This document shows, piece by piece, positions 52,312 to 63,577 of a DNA stretch of 64,000 bases. Within the stretch, counting starts at the first letter, position 1; every line of letters begins with the position of its first letter. Location: positions 2,496,001-2,560,000 of the forward strand of contig CM000208.1 in the NCBI GenBank assembly GCA_000002445.1. The letters are read 5' to 3'. This DNA comes from Trypanosoma brucei (lineage: Eukaryota). A program made the translations under genes and the position numbers. A model generated the notes under the pieces. That model was not told the DNA's origin, searched no databases, and saw nothing but the letters and a program-made list of their open reading frames with translations.

Positions 52312-53651
52312 CGCTCCGTCTGGAAGCACGAAGTAACTGTCATGTAATGAATTAAATCGAAAATAAAGAAACAGAAGATTGGAACACGCATTTTTGAAGA
52401 TAGTTGCAGCACTGTAGTAAAGAAGACAGCAACCGCCTCGCCAAAGCACGACTGAGTAATCACAGGTGGCATATGCGCAAGAGCTCCGCTAAGCAGATGC
52501 ACAGGGACGAGAAGAAGGAAAAAAAAAGTATACCGTCAGCCACATTCCTCCGCGTCAGGAAAAGGCAAACCGCCGCAAAAGGTTTTGTGGACAATAAAGG
52601 GCGTGGAAGAAACTTAAAGGCACAAAAGGGAAGAAACCGGAGGGACAACGAGTTATACATACCCGGTAAAGGAAGTTTTAGCAAACCCAGAAAACTAGAA
52701 GGCAGAAGGGGCGTCCCCTCTTCAGTGTGCTTGCTTCACTTTCACCGAGACACTTTATTACTTTTCACGGTAGCGCACACACTAACAATTCACAATATAT
52801 GTTCATATACAAAAATATATGTGGTGTTGTAAAACATGAATGACAGGCGTAGTGTCTCATCGTCCCTCCGTCAACATATTCCTCGGTGCTCTACAGCGGG
52901 AACTCGGGGCCATGATAAAAATAATGATAACCCCCTCCCCCGCCCCCTCCTTCAAAAAGGTGCAGCACAAAAATAGCAGGGTGCATATGCAACCAGTAAC
53001 ATGTTAACTCCGTAAGCACCCGAAGGAACACACACAGGTACGCATATACATGTGTACATCCAAATCAATGGGCGCACGTGCAGGTGCATGTGCGCGTATA
53101 TGAAATGTCTCCCCGTGAGGGCTAGTTGAGACATGACAAAGGGGGAACACTCAAAAATAAGCAGAGTAACAACAAATAAGAAAAAAGAAGAAACTATTGA
53201 CCCTGATTCAAACTTAAAACACGCAGCGTCACTTATTCGGTGGTGCAAATAAATATTTATTTATACGGATGGGAAATCCTATGAATAAAAAGGCACAAAC
53301 CCTACTGCGACTCACACGAAGGGCCTCATGCATGCACACCCCTTCCAACCTTAAAAATAAAAATAAAAACGATTCCTATTCATATATATATGTATATGCG
53401 CGTATGATTCTACCTGTTGATTAACATGCATAGGTATGTAAATATGTACATGATTGCATCCCTTGCCATTTTGAAGGGACATACGGGCGCGCGCGCAAGC
53501 ATACTTATACCTATACTCGCAGAAAAACACGCGCACGTAGTGGTTCTGTATTTGTGAAGCTGATGAAAAACGATTAAGGGGCTGTTACGGCTCCGAACAG
53601 ATCTTCAACAACTCCGCCAGGCCCGACACGCTCGCAGGTGGTTCAACATAT

Positions 53652-54251
53652 TCAGTTGGTGCGAGCTGCCGCCCTAACCTTTTCCAAGTGTTCCTCATAT
53701 TCCTGTAGCCGCTGCAAGAAAGCCAGGTTAAGGGAAATGCATGGCCGCTTATCCTTCACATCATTGTGCGCATCACAAAACGACATCCCCTCCGACTCCA
53801 TTAAGTACGCCACTACGATAGCGGCACTTCTGGACATGCCGCGGCGGCAGTAAACTAAAATACGGCCATTGCGAGTTGCGCCCCGAATAAATTCGAAGGC
53901 GTCCTCAAAGTGATGTACAATATCTTCATCGAGAGAATCACTCAGTGGGATGGACTTGCTCGTAACAAATGGTACAGACTCGACACGATGCATCTCCTCT
54001 GTGTCCACCAACTCGCGTGCGACGTTCAGCGTGTGTGTAATACACATCTGACGCAGTAACTTTTCATCTGCGGCATCGCGCCATGTACCAACAAAAATCC
54101 TTTCACTGATACCACTCATAGGCACGCATTTGGCAGCGCTACAAGTCTCGTTGAGCTCTTCCTCAAGCGCGCGTTCCGCGCATTGATACACAAGCTCCAG
54201 GTTAAACGCAGGAAGACAATTCTTCGACAGTCGCTCGCGAAACTTCAGCAT
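53652..54251 (-). CDS. Dual-specificity protein phosphatase (DUSP)
   Basis: Catalytic loop ILVYCRRGMSRSAAIVVAYLM (HCxxGxxRS with His->Tyr at the first position but Cys/Arg intact) and DSP fold context (ITHTLNVA). Start trimmed to MLKFRERL ATG at 54249..54251; the upstream extension translates a (TA)n microsatellite as IYIYIY. Confidence 0.7.
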   Translation of the reverse strand: MLKFRERLSKNCLPAFNLELVYQCAERALEEELNETCSAAKCVPMSGISERIFVGTWRDAADEKLLRQMCITHTLNVARELVDTEEMHRVESVPFVTSKSIPLSDSLDEDIVHHFEDAFEFIRGATRNGRILVYCRRGMSRSAAIVVAYLMESEGMSFCDAHNDVKDKRPCISLNLAFLQRLQEYEEHLEKVRAAARTN

Positions 54252-54295
54252 GCGCCCACACAGCAGAGAAAACGGATAATAATAACAATAACAAA

Positions 54296-54317
54296 TATAT
54301 ATATATATATATATATT
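54296..54317. repeat. (AT)n microsatellite, about 11 units, 45 nt upstream of the DUSP ATG
   Basis: atatatatatatatatatatat seen directly. A second (AT)9 run lies at 13269..13287. Confidence 0.9.
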
Positions 54318-55495
54318 AATGAAAAAAGAGTAAAAATAAAATGAAATAATGAAGCTTGTTGACGTTTTCAAAAAATTAAATAAAGAGTCAGGGCACTGTT
54401 CGGCGTTGTGCCTTAACACACACTGTTACTCTCGCTTGAATGCCGCTCACTTCCACTCTGTGACCAGTGGCGGGTCGTACGAAAGGCAAAGGGATGGTAC
54501 ACAAACAAGTGAATAAAATGTACCAAAGATCGTAGCAACTGGTGTGAAGCACAGTTAACGGAAAGAGTTTTCGTGTGCAATATCTTGGTGACCGCTCCTC
54601 TCGTCCAATATTTGCTCAGTCGTTACCAATCTGACCCGCCCCTAGCGAGGTTCAAACCGCGTGTACGCGCGTATGGATATGGATGCGCAGACCAAGGTGC
54701 TTTGCGCAGCTGTATTCGCTAGCTGGCCGCAGCGACGCTGCAATATACGACCGAACACTCAGAAACAGGTCCCCAATTCGCGCACAACAATAGACGATTA
54801 CGGTTGTGGTGTATATGTATGTATAAGCGTCACACAATAGACTGAAAGTAGTTTGTTAGCACCCCGCTTTTAATGAGTAAAACGCACGCACACACTGGGG
54901 CTTTCTCGGCTCTCCCTTACCACCTGCCTAGTAGATAGAGAGGGATGGAAGAGAAACCTACGTACTTCAAGGCTTTCCTCCCCGTATATTAGGCTGAGGC
55001 CTGAATCTACCAAAATCGGGATATAAAGGTTTCCCCACCTACACACTAATACACTAAAATTGCACGTTGCTTTCTCCTAATCTTTCTCCGTTTATGGTAA
55101 CGCTACACACATTAAATGGGTTCACGAGCATGGCAAACCGCGGTGTCGATGTGGCGTGGAAACGATGAAATAAGTAAGGAAAAAAAAAGAGGAATCTATA
55201 CGGCACCCCACCTTACCCAGAAGCAAACAAAGACAGCAGCTCTCGGTACGGTAATACCCGTTCAATACGTAGTGCAGTATTATTGTACACGGGCAGAGCA
55301 GCACTTCTCCCCGCCCACACACACCCAGGTTCATCACCTCTCCCTTCCGCACGAGCTGGTGCCCACCCAAAAGCTGTAAGCCAACACTGCCTGCATTTCT
55401 TTTCCCTTCATTACTATGTCGAGCCAGTGCATTTAACGACAAACTCCCTCGATACCCCGTCCAAAGTATAACGAGTAGACGCTTTCTTTGTTAAA

Positions 55496-58402
55496 TCACA
55501 CAAGCGGAATGGAAAGCTGGACACTGTCCGAAATGCAACAGGGCCAGTCACCCGCCGCAGTCCTCCTCGACATCAACTCCAGCAACTCGTCACACAGAAA
55601 GTCACCAGCAGCACTGGGAGAAGCACTCAGCAATTGAGCCTCCACATCAGCCAGCCGCCTGCCATGCCGCTCGTCTGCTGCACCAGCAACCTCCATACGA
55701 TCTTCAGAGCGGACGGCTTCACAATGCTCGCATTGGGGTACCTGAGAAGTTCGACTGAACTTACCGCAGCAAACACAGCACCACGGCGCATATTGCAGTG
55801 TTATCGTGTCAGCGGACCTCCGCGTCCCGCAGCCGTGCCGCTGGCAGTAGCCGTCCCAGCTGTTGTTCACACTCCTGCATACGACGCACTGCCAAACATG
55901 TACCTCCGTCGATGGTACAGCAGGATGCAGTGCATAACAGCGGCGGCAACACCATCCGTGCACGGCCACGTCGCCACAAACCCCGCAGGTCCACGCCTCG
56001 TGGCGATTGAACAAAACTGGATCTAGGCGATGTACCCCACAATGCATGCACACGTCGCTGCAATTCCTCTCCGGTTTAGTCTGAAGGAGAACCCCCTCAT
56101 CATCGCGGTGGTTATGACGGCCCCCGCACGCGTGGCAGTGCCAAGGCACGTCAGGAAGTAAAGGGAGAAACTGCGAGAGCATACCCATGGGCCGCTGGCA
56201 GTTTTGGCAGCTTCTGGCACTGTCTGGTGTGAGGGAATGGCAAAATGGGCAGCGCCACAGACGCCTCTCAAACGCAGCCACATCCCTAGGATGTGGGGCG
56301 GCACACGCTGGACACTCGTCTCGCAACCCCAGACGACGAAGACGAAGCCGCCACCATTCGCGGCAGTAGACACATACACAACTTGCATCCGCCTTCCCGA
56401 AACTGCACACACTGCACCACCGACGAAGCGGACTGTTCACGGCACCACAACCACATTTCCACTCAAAAAAACTTGCCGCCCAACCCGTATCGCCAGCACC
56501 ACAGTCCATACAAGTTTGAACCTTTGAATTGTTTCTGGAGACCCCCAGTTGAGAATAAGAATGGCAATAATCACACGCCCAAAGGCACGGTGTTGCGGCG
56601 CCACCGTGGGTCTTTACACACAACACTCTGTTGTCATGCTCCACAGAGAGCCCGCGAGGATGGGGATGGCTACAAGCAAAGCAGGTATCAATGTAATCCC
56701 CCGAAGAAGACACCCAAGAACAATGAGGACACGTCCATGCATGTTCGACCAAATGACGCGAAACACAAGCAGCGCACGAAACAGCCCCCAACTGGATGGG
56801 ATTCACGCATTCACAACCACAAGTCCACGAAGACGCGGCCTTCATCCCTGCCTTAAGCCCCTCTGCCTCACGCTCTAGCTGATTTAGCGAGAGCCAAGGT
56901 AGGAAGCTGGTTAAGTGCGTTAGGGGAGCGTCACAGATGGTCATACGCAGCGGTCTCCCAATCAGTAATCCCCATTTCACCAGTTCACCAGCATACTTCC
57001 CCAGGGCGGATGCAGACCGTACAACATCAAACAACGCGGAGGCTATGCGTGCGCCTAAATTCACTATTCCGTAGTGTGCCGCGCGGCGATGATGCGGATG
57101 ACCACTGGCAGCAACGTACATCTCATCTCCAACAATCTTCCGATGGCTAAGTAGCACCTCCAACTCATTCCAAATAAAGCTGCGTCGATTGTCCCGCGCC
57201 TCCGCGATGGCCTCCTCACAGAGCAGTAATTCCAACACGGCGGCCACAGTACAAACGTCCAAAAGTCCTCTCATCGGACCGAAGTGTAGCGCCTTACACT
57301 TGGCTAACATACTGCTTACACCAGCATCCCGGAGGACCCTCAACAAACTACAAGCGGCGACTGCTGCAGAATCGCATGCCGAAGATGCTCCAGCTCCACC
57401 TGAGTTTCCCCCCTCTTTGCAAAAAGAACGAAACACACTCATCATCGTTAATATGGCTTCTCGGTAGCGATCACCTTCCGCGTTGTCGTTCCTGGCGAAG
57501 ACGCATGCGTTCATGAGAATCCCCGCTGGCCGTGTCATCAACGCTGAGATGTCAGTTACCTTCCAATTCAGTTGACGGAAGAGCTTTCGAAAAGCAAACG
57601 CCGCGTACTCAAGTGTTGATGCCCACCGCTCATCACGACCCATTCCTGACTCCCGTCGCCCAGGTATTGTGAGGTAATATTCAAACACATCAACGTCATT
57701 CACCAAAGCGGTGCCACACGTAGGCATAACGAGTTCCTCACCCTCAACAGCAGCACGGAAGAACTCTGCATACTGAAGGAGTCGGCACTGCTCAGAGTAC
57801 AGCTTACGAAGCTTGCGGACCAGGACGGGTGGCATGCGCGTCACGGTGACGTCATCAGCAAGGGGTGGAAGAAGCTCCTGCAAACGTAAAACATCGGTAT
57901 AGTAGTCCCGAACAATTGCTAGAAGTTCCCGGTGAGCCTGATCAAAAGCCGATGGCTCCGCAAATGCAGGGTTGGAAGCGATTGCAAAGAACACCTGGTG
58001 CCAGTAGTGTAACCGTTCACTTGGTTCAGCTGCCCCGCCATGATCAATGGCGGCACGCCAGGTAGATGGTAGCAAAGAACGCAACGCGGAGACATCTCCT
58101 CTTATCACAACTGTCGGCGAGCTCCCCGCACTGTCACGCCACAACCAAGGCAAGTGGTCGTGGTGAACGGAGGGCACTAGGTACCTGGCGATCTCACGTC
58201 TCCTGCGCTCATCCATCAGCGCACCTCGTCGGTAGAGCAACTGAAGGAACGGAATTAGCAGGGGGCGGTTGGCATTGTTAAGCAAGGCCTCGGGTGAGTG
58301 TTGAATAGCCTCCGTACTGGTGGTGAGCGCCGTAAAGGAAAGTCCATCATCCCACAAATCGGCAGATATAACAAGTTGTAAGTCGCTTGAGGCAGCGCCC
58401 AT
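55496..58402 (-). CDS. Large protein with about 10 RanBP2-type zinc fingers and an N-terminal myristoylation motif
   Basis: C-terminal 450 aa contains repeated W-x-C-x2-C-x(10-12)-C-x2-C units (WTCPHCSW..CFAC; WACDYCHS..CMDC; WRCPFCHS..CQNC; WHCHAC..CMHC; WTCGVCGD..CRRC; WQCVVCRS..C; WCCVCCGK..CEHC etc.). Start trimmed to ATG at 58400..58402, giving MGAASSDLQ (Gly2, Ser6: N-myristoylation consensus). N-terminal 500 aa is alpha-helical without a recognised domain. Confidence 0.7.
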   Translation of the reverse strand: MGAASSDLQLVISADLWDDGLSFTALTTSTEAIQHSPEALLNNANRPLLIPFLQLLYRRGALMDERRRREIARYLVPSVHHDHLPWLWRDSAGSSPTVVIRGDVSALRSLLPSTWRAAIDHGGAAEPSERLHYWHQVFFAIASNPAFAEPSAFDQAHRELLAIVRDYYTDVLRLQELLPPLADDVTVTRMPPVLVRKLRKLYSEQCRLLQYAEFFRAAVEGEELVMPTCGTALVNDVDVFEYYLTIPGRRESGMGRDERWASTLEYAAFAFRKLFRQLNWKVTDISALMTRPAGILMNACVFARNDNAEGDRYREAILTMMSVFRSFCKEGGNSGGAGASSACDSAAVAACSLLRVLRDAGVSSMLAKCKALHFGPMRGLLDVCTVAAVLELLLCEEAIAEARDNRRSFIWNELEVLLSHRKIVGDEMYVAASGHPHHRRAAHYGIVNLGARIASALFDVVRSASALGKYAGELVKWGLLIGRPLRMTICDAPLTHLTSFLPWLSLNQLEREAEGLKAGMKAASSWTCGCECVNPIQLGAVSCAACVSRHLVEHAWTCPHCSWVSSSGDYIDTCFACSHPHPRGLSVEHDNRVLCVKTHGGAATPCLWACDYCHSYSQLGVSRNNSKVQTCMDCGAGDTGWAASFFEWKCGCGAVNSPLRRWCSVCSFGKADASCVCVYCREWWRLRLRRLGLRDECPACAAPHPRDVAAFERRLWRCPFCHSLTPDSARSCQNCQRPMGMLSQFLPLLPDVPWHCHACGGRHNHRDDEGVLLQTKPERNCSDVCMHCGVHRLDPVLFNRHEAWTCGVCGDVAVHGWCCRRCYALHPAVPSTEVHVWQCVVCRSVNNSWDGYCQRHGCGTRRSADTITLQYAPWCCVCCGKFSRTSQVPQCEHCEAVRSEDRMEVAGAADERHGRRLADVEAQLLSASPSAAGDFLCDELLELMSRRTAAGDWPCCISDSVQLSIPLV

Positions 58403-59328
58403 GCCAATCGAGTGCTTTTTCGCATATCGACACGTGGCAAATATGCGCTTTGGGACCCCTGACGGTTTCCTCAGCATGGCGCCGCTCCCATTCGTTAGTT
58501 ACGCGCAAGCGCATCGACAAAAACACAGGTAAAAACGAAAAAAAAAGAGGCACAAAAAGTTAGAATGAAGAAAAATATGATTTTTCTTTTCAGTGGAAAT
58601 AAGGAGGTTGGGAAACAGACACGCGGTGGAGGAAGGCAATATTGCAACCATGAATAACAATGGGTACACGCGGAAGGGCTTATTTCCGTTATTGACTGCC
58701 ATCAAACTGTACAAACCAACCCTGTCGACAAAGGTGGTCCTCCAATGTCTCCCCCCCCCCCTTCTCGACACTTTATTTCTTAAAACGAGAGAGAAGGTGT
58801 CAAGACGAGAAAAAAAAAGTGAGCCCTCCTTTCCAAGAAAACCAGGCAGCCAGGTTCGAAGATACAATGAGAGCTACGGACACACGGGGACATTTATGGT
58901 CCCGGAAATTCGTGGTGAAGTTACGCGTAGTCCCCCTCCCCCCGGGAGCGGGACAGAAAAAAACGTCTCCACGGAACACCGAGAGCTCCATCATTCCCCT
59001 GCACCATGGATATCGGTCACCTCCTTTCCTTCTGCTACCGTGTCCTCCCCTCCCCCCCCCCCACCCCGTCCTAAGTGGGTACCACCTCGAATTCGAAGAG
59101 AAATAACAAGAAGGAACGCGCTCTATCCAGACAGGAACAAACATAACCAATCCCTTTTCTTCACGTACGCTCACGCATGGTGAGCAATAGAACATCACCG
59201 CTTCCGGACCGAGAAATGAGCATCGTCGCTAACGTCGACCGTCCACGTCTATTCAACCAACACCTCTCACGTTACACCCCTACGCACCCACCAGTTTGTT
59301 TTTCATGGTCATCCGCACTCACTCTTCC

Positions 59329-60573
59329 CTAGTCCGAGTCGTCCCACTCACTGCGCTCCGTTGGGTTCACGTCGAGCCTCTTGTCGTAGACATACCCCGG
59401 GTCACCGGGCCGAAGGGCATTCTGCATGAAGCCCTCGTTCATTTTTGCTTTGAACTCCTGAAGGGTGATATCGTCAGCATCATTAAGGTCTACATTCTTC
59501 AAGGCCGCCTCTGGATCGCGGTAAAGAAGGCCAACATCAGCCTTATTTACCTCCGGCTCTCCAGTTTTTGCCGAAGTCATATGCTGCTCTTCCTCACCAG
59601 TGTTGTGTGCAGCGGGCGCGTTGTCTGAATATCCAATCTGCTGCTTCCAGTCAAACTGAGGTTGAAGAGGACCCTCTGGTTTAACCGTGCTGGCGTGACT
59701 CTCCACACTCTTCCGCATCAACTCTTGTAGGCGCTGAAGGTATGAACGTAATTGGGATTCGCTAACCAGCATCCCATGCGAGCGGACCAAGCGCCTGAGC
59801 AACGGTGCTATTGGGGAATTCTCATGGAGCAGGCCATCAAGTGGAATGAATCGGCGACGCGGCCTCCCATTATACGTGTAAAATATAAGAATCTCCACCG
59901 GCTGAACGCGCAGACCAATACTTTTCACGGCAACAAGTCCATCCTTCAAAGAACTTGACGGGGCGGTTTTGTCGCTTTCCCACCATCGTGAAGGGGTAAA
60001 AGAGTCGAGCACAGGTCGTTCAATAAGGTCACTAGCTAGCTCATCGGCACTAATGGAAACGCAGCCCTTCTCGTTAAGGTCCTTCACTCGACAAGATGCA
60101 AACCGTTCCAGAACAGTGCTCGGGATGTTGCTAGTTAGCATGGCGGCACTCGTGACGATAGCATCTGCATACTCGCTAACCCTGCAACCTTGTGGATACA
60201 AACTGAGTGTCACCTCACGGGCCTCCTGCACGTCATTATCGCGTTCCCCACGCAAACGCTGCCTCAGCGAAGCATAGCGTTTGGTCATATCTTGGTACCA
60301 CTGGGTACCGCTCAATGTCGCCAAACTGAGGTAATTGGAAGAGTCATCACTGCCACAACAGCTGCTGCGGGTACGCAAAACTAACTCGTGAAATGCTTTC
60401 AGAGGTTCCTCGCTGTACTTCGCGTAGAGGTGACACACAAAAACTGACAGTTCCAGTCCCAGATCAGACACAAACTGCATTTGCTGCACCGCCTGTTCCC
60501 CCTCTCCTGATTCTTGGACATGTCCAAAAGCCAAAACAAAAAAGAAGGTTGCACCCGTGCCAAATAAGAACAA
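59329..60573 (-). CDS. Conserved hypothetical protein with distinctive C-terminal motif (ITLQEFKAKMNEGF...PGDPGYVYDKRLDV)
   Basis: 414-aa minus-strand ORF. No enzyme motif recognised. True start may be internal (MQFVSDLG or MTKRYASL). Confidence 0.5.
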   Translation of the reverse strand: MFLFGTGATFFFVLAFGHVQESGEGEQAVQQMQFVSDLGLELSVFVCHLYAKYSEEPLKAFHELVLRTRSSCCGSDDSSNYLSLATLSGTQWYQDMTKRYASLRQRLRGERDNDVQEAREVTLSLYPQGCRVSEYADAIVTSAAMLTSNIPSTVLERFASCRVKDLNEKGCVSISADELASDLIERPVLDSFTPSRWWESDKTAPSSSLKDGLVAVKSIGLRVQPVEILIFYTYNGRPRRRFIPLDGLLHENSPIAPLLRRLVRSHGMLVSESQLRSYLQRLQELMRKSVESHASTVKPEGPLQPQFDWKQQIGYSDNAPAAHNTGEEEQHMTSAKTGEPEVNKADVGLLYRDPEAALKNVDLNDADDITLQEFKAKMNEGFMQNALRPGDPGYVYDKRLDVNPTERSEWDDSD

Positions 60574-60987
60574 AGACGCAGGAATATGTAAAACAAAGCG
60601 AAAAGGAAAGAAATCGAACGCCGGCCTACAAAGCAGTCACCCCGTATGCAGAACGCGACAAAACACCATTAGATCATATTTCCACGCACACACAAACACA
60701 AACACACAACAGCAGATACGGCAGAAAAGAAGTGAGAGAACGTAGGACCTACATGCAGCGTCGGTACTGAGAAACACAAGGGCACATCCAACCCCTTCCA
60801 CCTCGCCTAAGTGGGTACACACACGCCTCCACGCACCCATCACATCCTGTGGTTTACCATACAAACACGTGCAGCCCCCTTGGTCTCCATTTGTCTCTCG
60901 ACCTTTTGCTTGCACAGCGGCACCCTCAGCCGTTCACGGGCGCAGGCAACAGCTGTACACGTGTAACGCTACAGCTGAGGGCACCGT

Positions 60988-62076
60988 TTATCTTAAATTC
61001 CGTCGCGGCCGCTTCCTTCTCCGTCTCTCGTAAGTATTGTTTCCCGCACCCCGCAGTACAGGGGGGTCAAGCCACGACAACATCTTCAATCGCACCAGTT
61101 CACGCTGTCTCACACCCTCTTGGTGGCTGGCGGCCCGTCTATTCGCATCGATGCGTGCAAGCACCGTGGCGGTGCTAGATACAAGACGCAACGCCTTGGG
61201 CCGAAGCTGCGGCGGGTGGTTAACAACAAAATCAGAATTACTTAAAAATCCAGTGGTTTTAAGCGCGATACCGCTACTGTTGGCGCGCGTGCTACCGAGC
61301 CGAGACAATTCTGTTGGATCCATAGCTGCAAGCGGTGCTACGCCCCCTGCAATAGCGAAGAGCTGGGAGGTGATCCCAGTGCCAAGAAAGGCACAAAGGT
61401 TTGGACAGATGAGTGGCATCGACCGCTGGATGTATTCCAGAAAGGTTTGCTTCGCCGCTTCGAGTGTTTCTATCTCCTGACACGCTTCGAGCACACGCTG
61501 CAGCTCCTCAGGTGACAGCTCACGTCCTGTGGTAGTCGATGCGCAAGCGATGATAACAGCGGTAAGCTGCGAGGGCACCAACTCATCAAGCTGATCAATT
61601 ACCTGAGAAAGGTCCATATTGTTCTGCAGAAGCTGCACCACACGTGCATAGAGAAGACCGGAAGTAAAAAACATGGCAAGCTCTGGAAACCGCTGACTGT
61701 AGTGAGCCCGTGCGTAAACAACCGCCTTACTCTTTTCAACCTCAATGCGCAGTACAAGGTTGCTTGAGTCAATCACAAACTGATATTCGGGGTCATCCGG
61801 CGTTATCGTGTTCTTCACGTTTTCCTGCTCACTGTAGTCGCTAAGTTTCTGCAGCATACTGCTCATATGGCCAGACCGCAGCAATGCAGTTACTTCCTTC
61901 ACGCTATTGTGTCGTCTTGCATCATCATCTGACGCAATGGACTCCCCTACACCAATTGTCTCCTCCAAATAAATGTCCAGACCTTCATCTCTCCTGCTCT
62001 GGAGGTCGTCAACTCGCTCACCGAAACCATCCCATCCGGTTTCGATATAGCTCATCTTGGCCAGGCTAAGCAGCAC
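60988..62076 (-). CDS. PRP31: U4/U6 snRNP protein PRP31 (Nop-domain)
   Basis: RFPELAMFFTSGLLYARVVQLL (cf. RFPELESLVPNALDYIRTVKEL). Nop domain NLCAFLGTGITSQLFAIAGGVAPLAAMDPTELSRLG (cf. [36 protein letters not shown]) and HPPQLRPKALRLVSSTATVLARID (cf. LPPDLRRKAARLVAAKCTLAARVD). C-terminal basic RRRRKRPRR tail. Alternative start MSYIETGW at 62053..62055. Confidence 0.75.
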   Translation of the reverse strand: MLLSLAKMSYIETGWDGFGERVDDLQSRRDEGLDIYLEETIGVGESIASDDDARRHNSVKEVTALLRSGHMSSMLQKLSDYSEQENVKNTITPDDPEYQFVIDSSNLVLRIEVEKSKAVVYARAHYSQRFPELAMFFTSGLLYARVVQLLQNNMDLSQVIDQLDELVPSQLTAVIIACASTTTGRELSPEELQRVLEACQEIETLEAAKQTFLEYIQRSMPLICPNLCAFLGTGITSQLFAIAGGVAPLAAMDPTELSRLGSTRANSSGIALKTTGFLSNSDFVVNHPPQLRPKALRLVSSTATVLARIDANRRAASHQEGVRQRELVRLKMLSWLDPPVLRGAGNNTYERRRRKRPRRNLR

Positions 62077-62449
62077 AGGGGTGAGAAGTTAAAAAAAAAA
62101 ACAGAAGAGGAAGCCAAGGGTCAGCAGGAATTTATCACCATCAAAATGCAACACAAGCAGAACGTTAAACCACATAATTATAACAAAACGGTTTCAGTCC
62201 ATATTTCCTCTCACACTACTTCTCACTCCGCTTTCCCTGGTGATGCCAAGACATGCCATGGCACCCTTCGTGAAGTGCATATATTCTCCTTTTTTTCTTT
62301 TTATTTCATCCCGACTGACGACGGCGACGGTGAGAGGGAGGAAAGGAAGAGAGAAAAATGGCAATCAGTAAAGGGAAAAAAGTAAAATAAAAAGAGCGGC
62401 ACCATATGAAAAACAGAGGGCAGGGGAATGTGGAACCGCGTGGACGCGC

Positions 62450-63577
62450 CTAATAACCGTCATCCGTATCATTCCAACTACTGCCCAGCGGGTCGCCAAC
62501 ATCACTATCTCCACAAAACCCAGAGCTCCCCCAAACGCCACGAGGCCTGTGACATCTCTCGTCGTCATATGTACCTGCTGTACTCATCCCATCCGTCCGG
62601 ATACTGTTACTGCTACTAGTTTCATCTGGGTACTCATTGGCAGAAAAGTCAGCAGCATTGCTGTCGTACTCATCGTCTTTGCGATGGTCAGGATATAAGT
62701 ACAACTCAGGATCGATAGCCCCTTGCTCGTCCAGGAGAAAGTCGTCATAATTTTTTTGCAGGGCGTCGTAAAGTAACAGTTCAGCTTTATTAACGGCCAC
62801 ACTGCGGTTAGCCAGCGACTCACCAAAAGAAAGAACATAATCATGGTACGTCCCTTCGCGGTGCCGCTTTCGCTCCGACCTGAAGGCAAAATAAGGCTTC
62901 ACACAAGAGACCGCAGTTGATTCTCCATCGTCATCATCCGTTATGCGCAGATTACCAAATCCAAACACGTCATCCTCCTTCATGTTTTTGTCCCCTTCTT
63001 CTTCGTTCACTTCGCCCACAGCGTCAGCCGCTGCACCCTTGTCAAGGATATATACCGACCAGCTTCCCTCACTGTCAATCGCCACTGAATCTCCAGGACC
63101 GACTAACACATCACCAACGATAGAAGAGACCGGAACTACACCCACTTCACCCGATTTTTTCCCTACAACTTGGCAATCCATCACCAGGTTTCCCTGGGCA
63201 TCCCACACCCGCTCAACAGACAAAGCGGTATTCGAAGGCAGAACCGCAGAATTCGCCAGAGCATAAGTCTTATCATCCCCTGCTGCGCCGCACGCGCCAC
63301 GTTCGAGCAAACGAAAAAAAAGCACTCGTCGCTGACACTCATCTTCCACGCTACCCGACGCACGTGGTGTCGGCGGTGCATCCAACGCATCATTCTTCGT
63401 GTTATTAGACGCGTCGCAGCCGACCCTCACACCTCGGCTTGAATCCAGGCGCACACGCAGTAGTGGTGGGGCCACTAACTCACCACTCTCACTTGCGGTG
63501 CACCTCGAACGTTTTATGCGCATGATGATCCCCTGAGATCCTACTGTCGGAGGGAGCACACGCATAACCTCGTTCAT
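62450..63577 (-). CDS. Hypothetical protein with acidic, low-complexity C-terminal half
   Basis: 375-aa minus-strand ORF. No motif recognised. D/E/S-rich C-terminus. Confidence 0.4.
   Translation of the reverse strand: MNEVMRVLPPTVGSQGIIMRIKRSRCTASESGELVAPPLLRVRLDSSRGVRVGCDASNNTKNDALDAPPTPRASGSVEDECQRRVLFFRLLERGACGAAGDDKTYALANSAVLPSNTALSVERVWDAQGNLVMDCQVVGKKSGEVGVVPVSSIVGDVLVGPGDSVAIDSEGSWSVYILDKGAAADAVGEVNEEEGDKNMKEDDVFGFGNLRITDDDDGESTAVSCVKPYFAFRSERKRHREGTYHDYVLSFGESLANRSVAVNKAELLLYDALQKNYDDFLLDEQGAIDPELYLYPDHRKDDEYDSNAADFSANEYPDETSSSNSIRTDGMSTAGTYDDERCHRPRGVWGSSGFCGDSDVGDPLGSSWNDTDDGY

Noticed and set aside
53249-53264. Perfect 16-bp AT palindrome aaataaatatttattt and nearby GC-rich imperfect inverted repeats (53040..53110, 53390..53520)
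   Set aside because: Too short or imperfect to call a functional element. Such palindromes are common in AT-rich intergenic DNA, so I mention them only as candidates.
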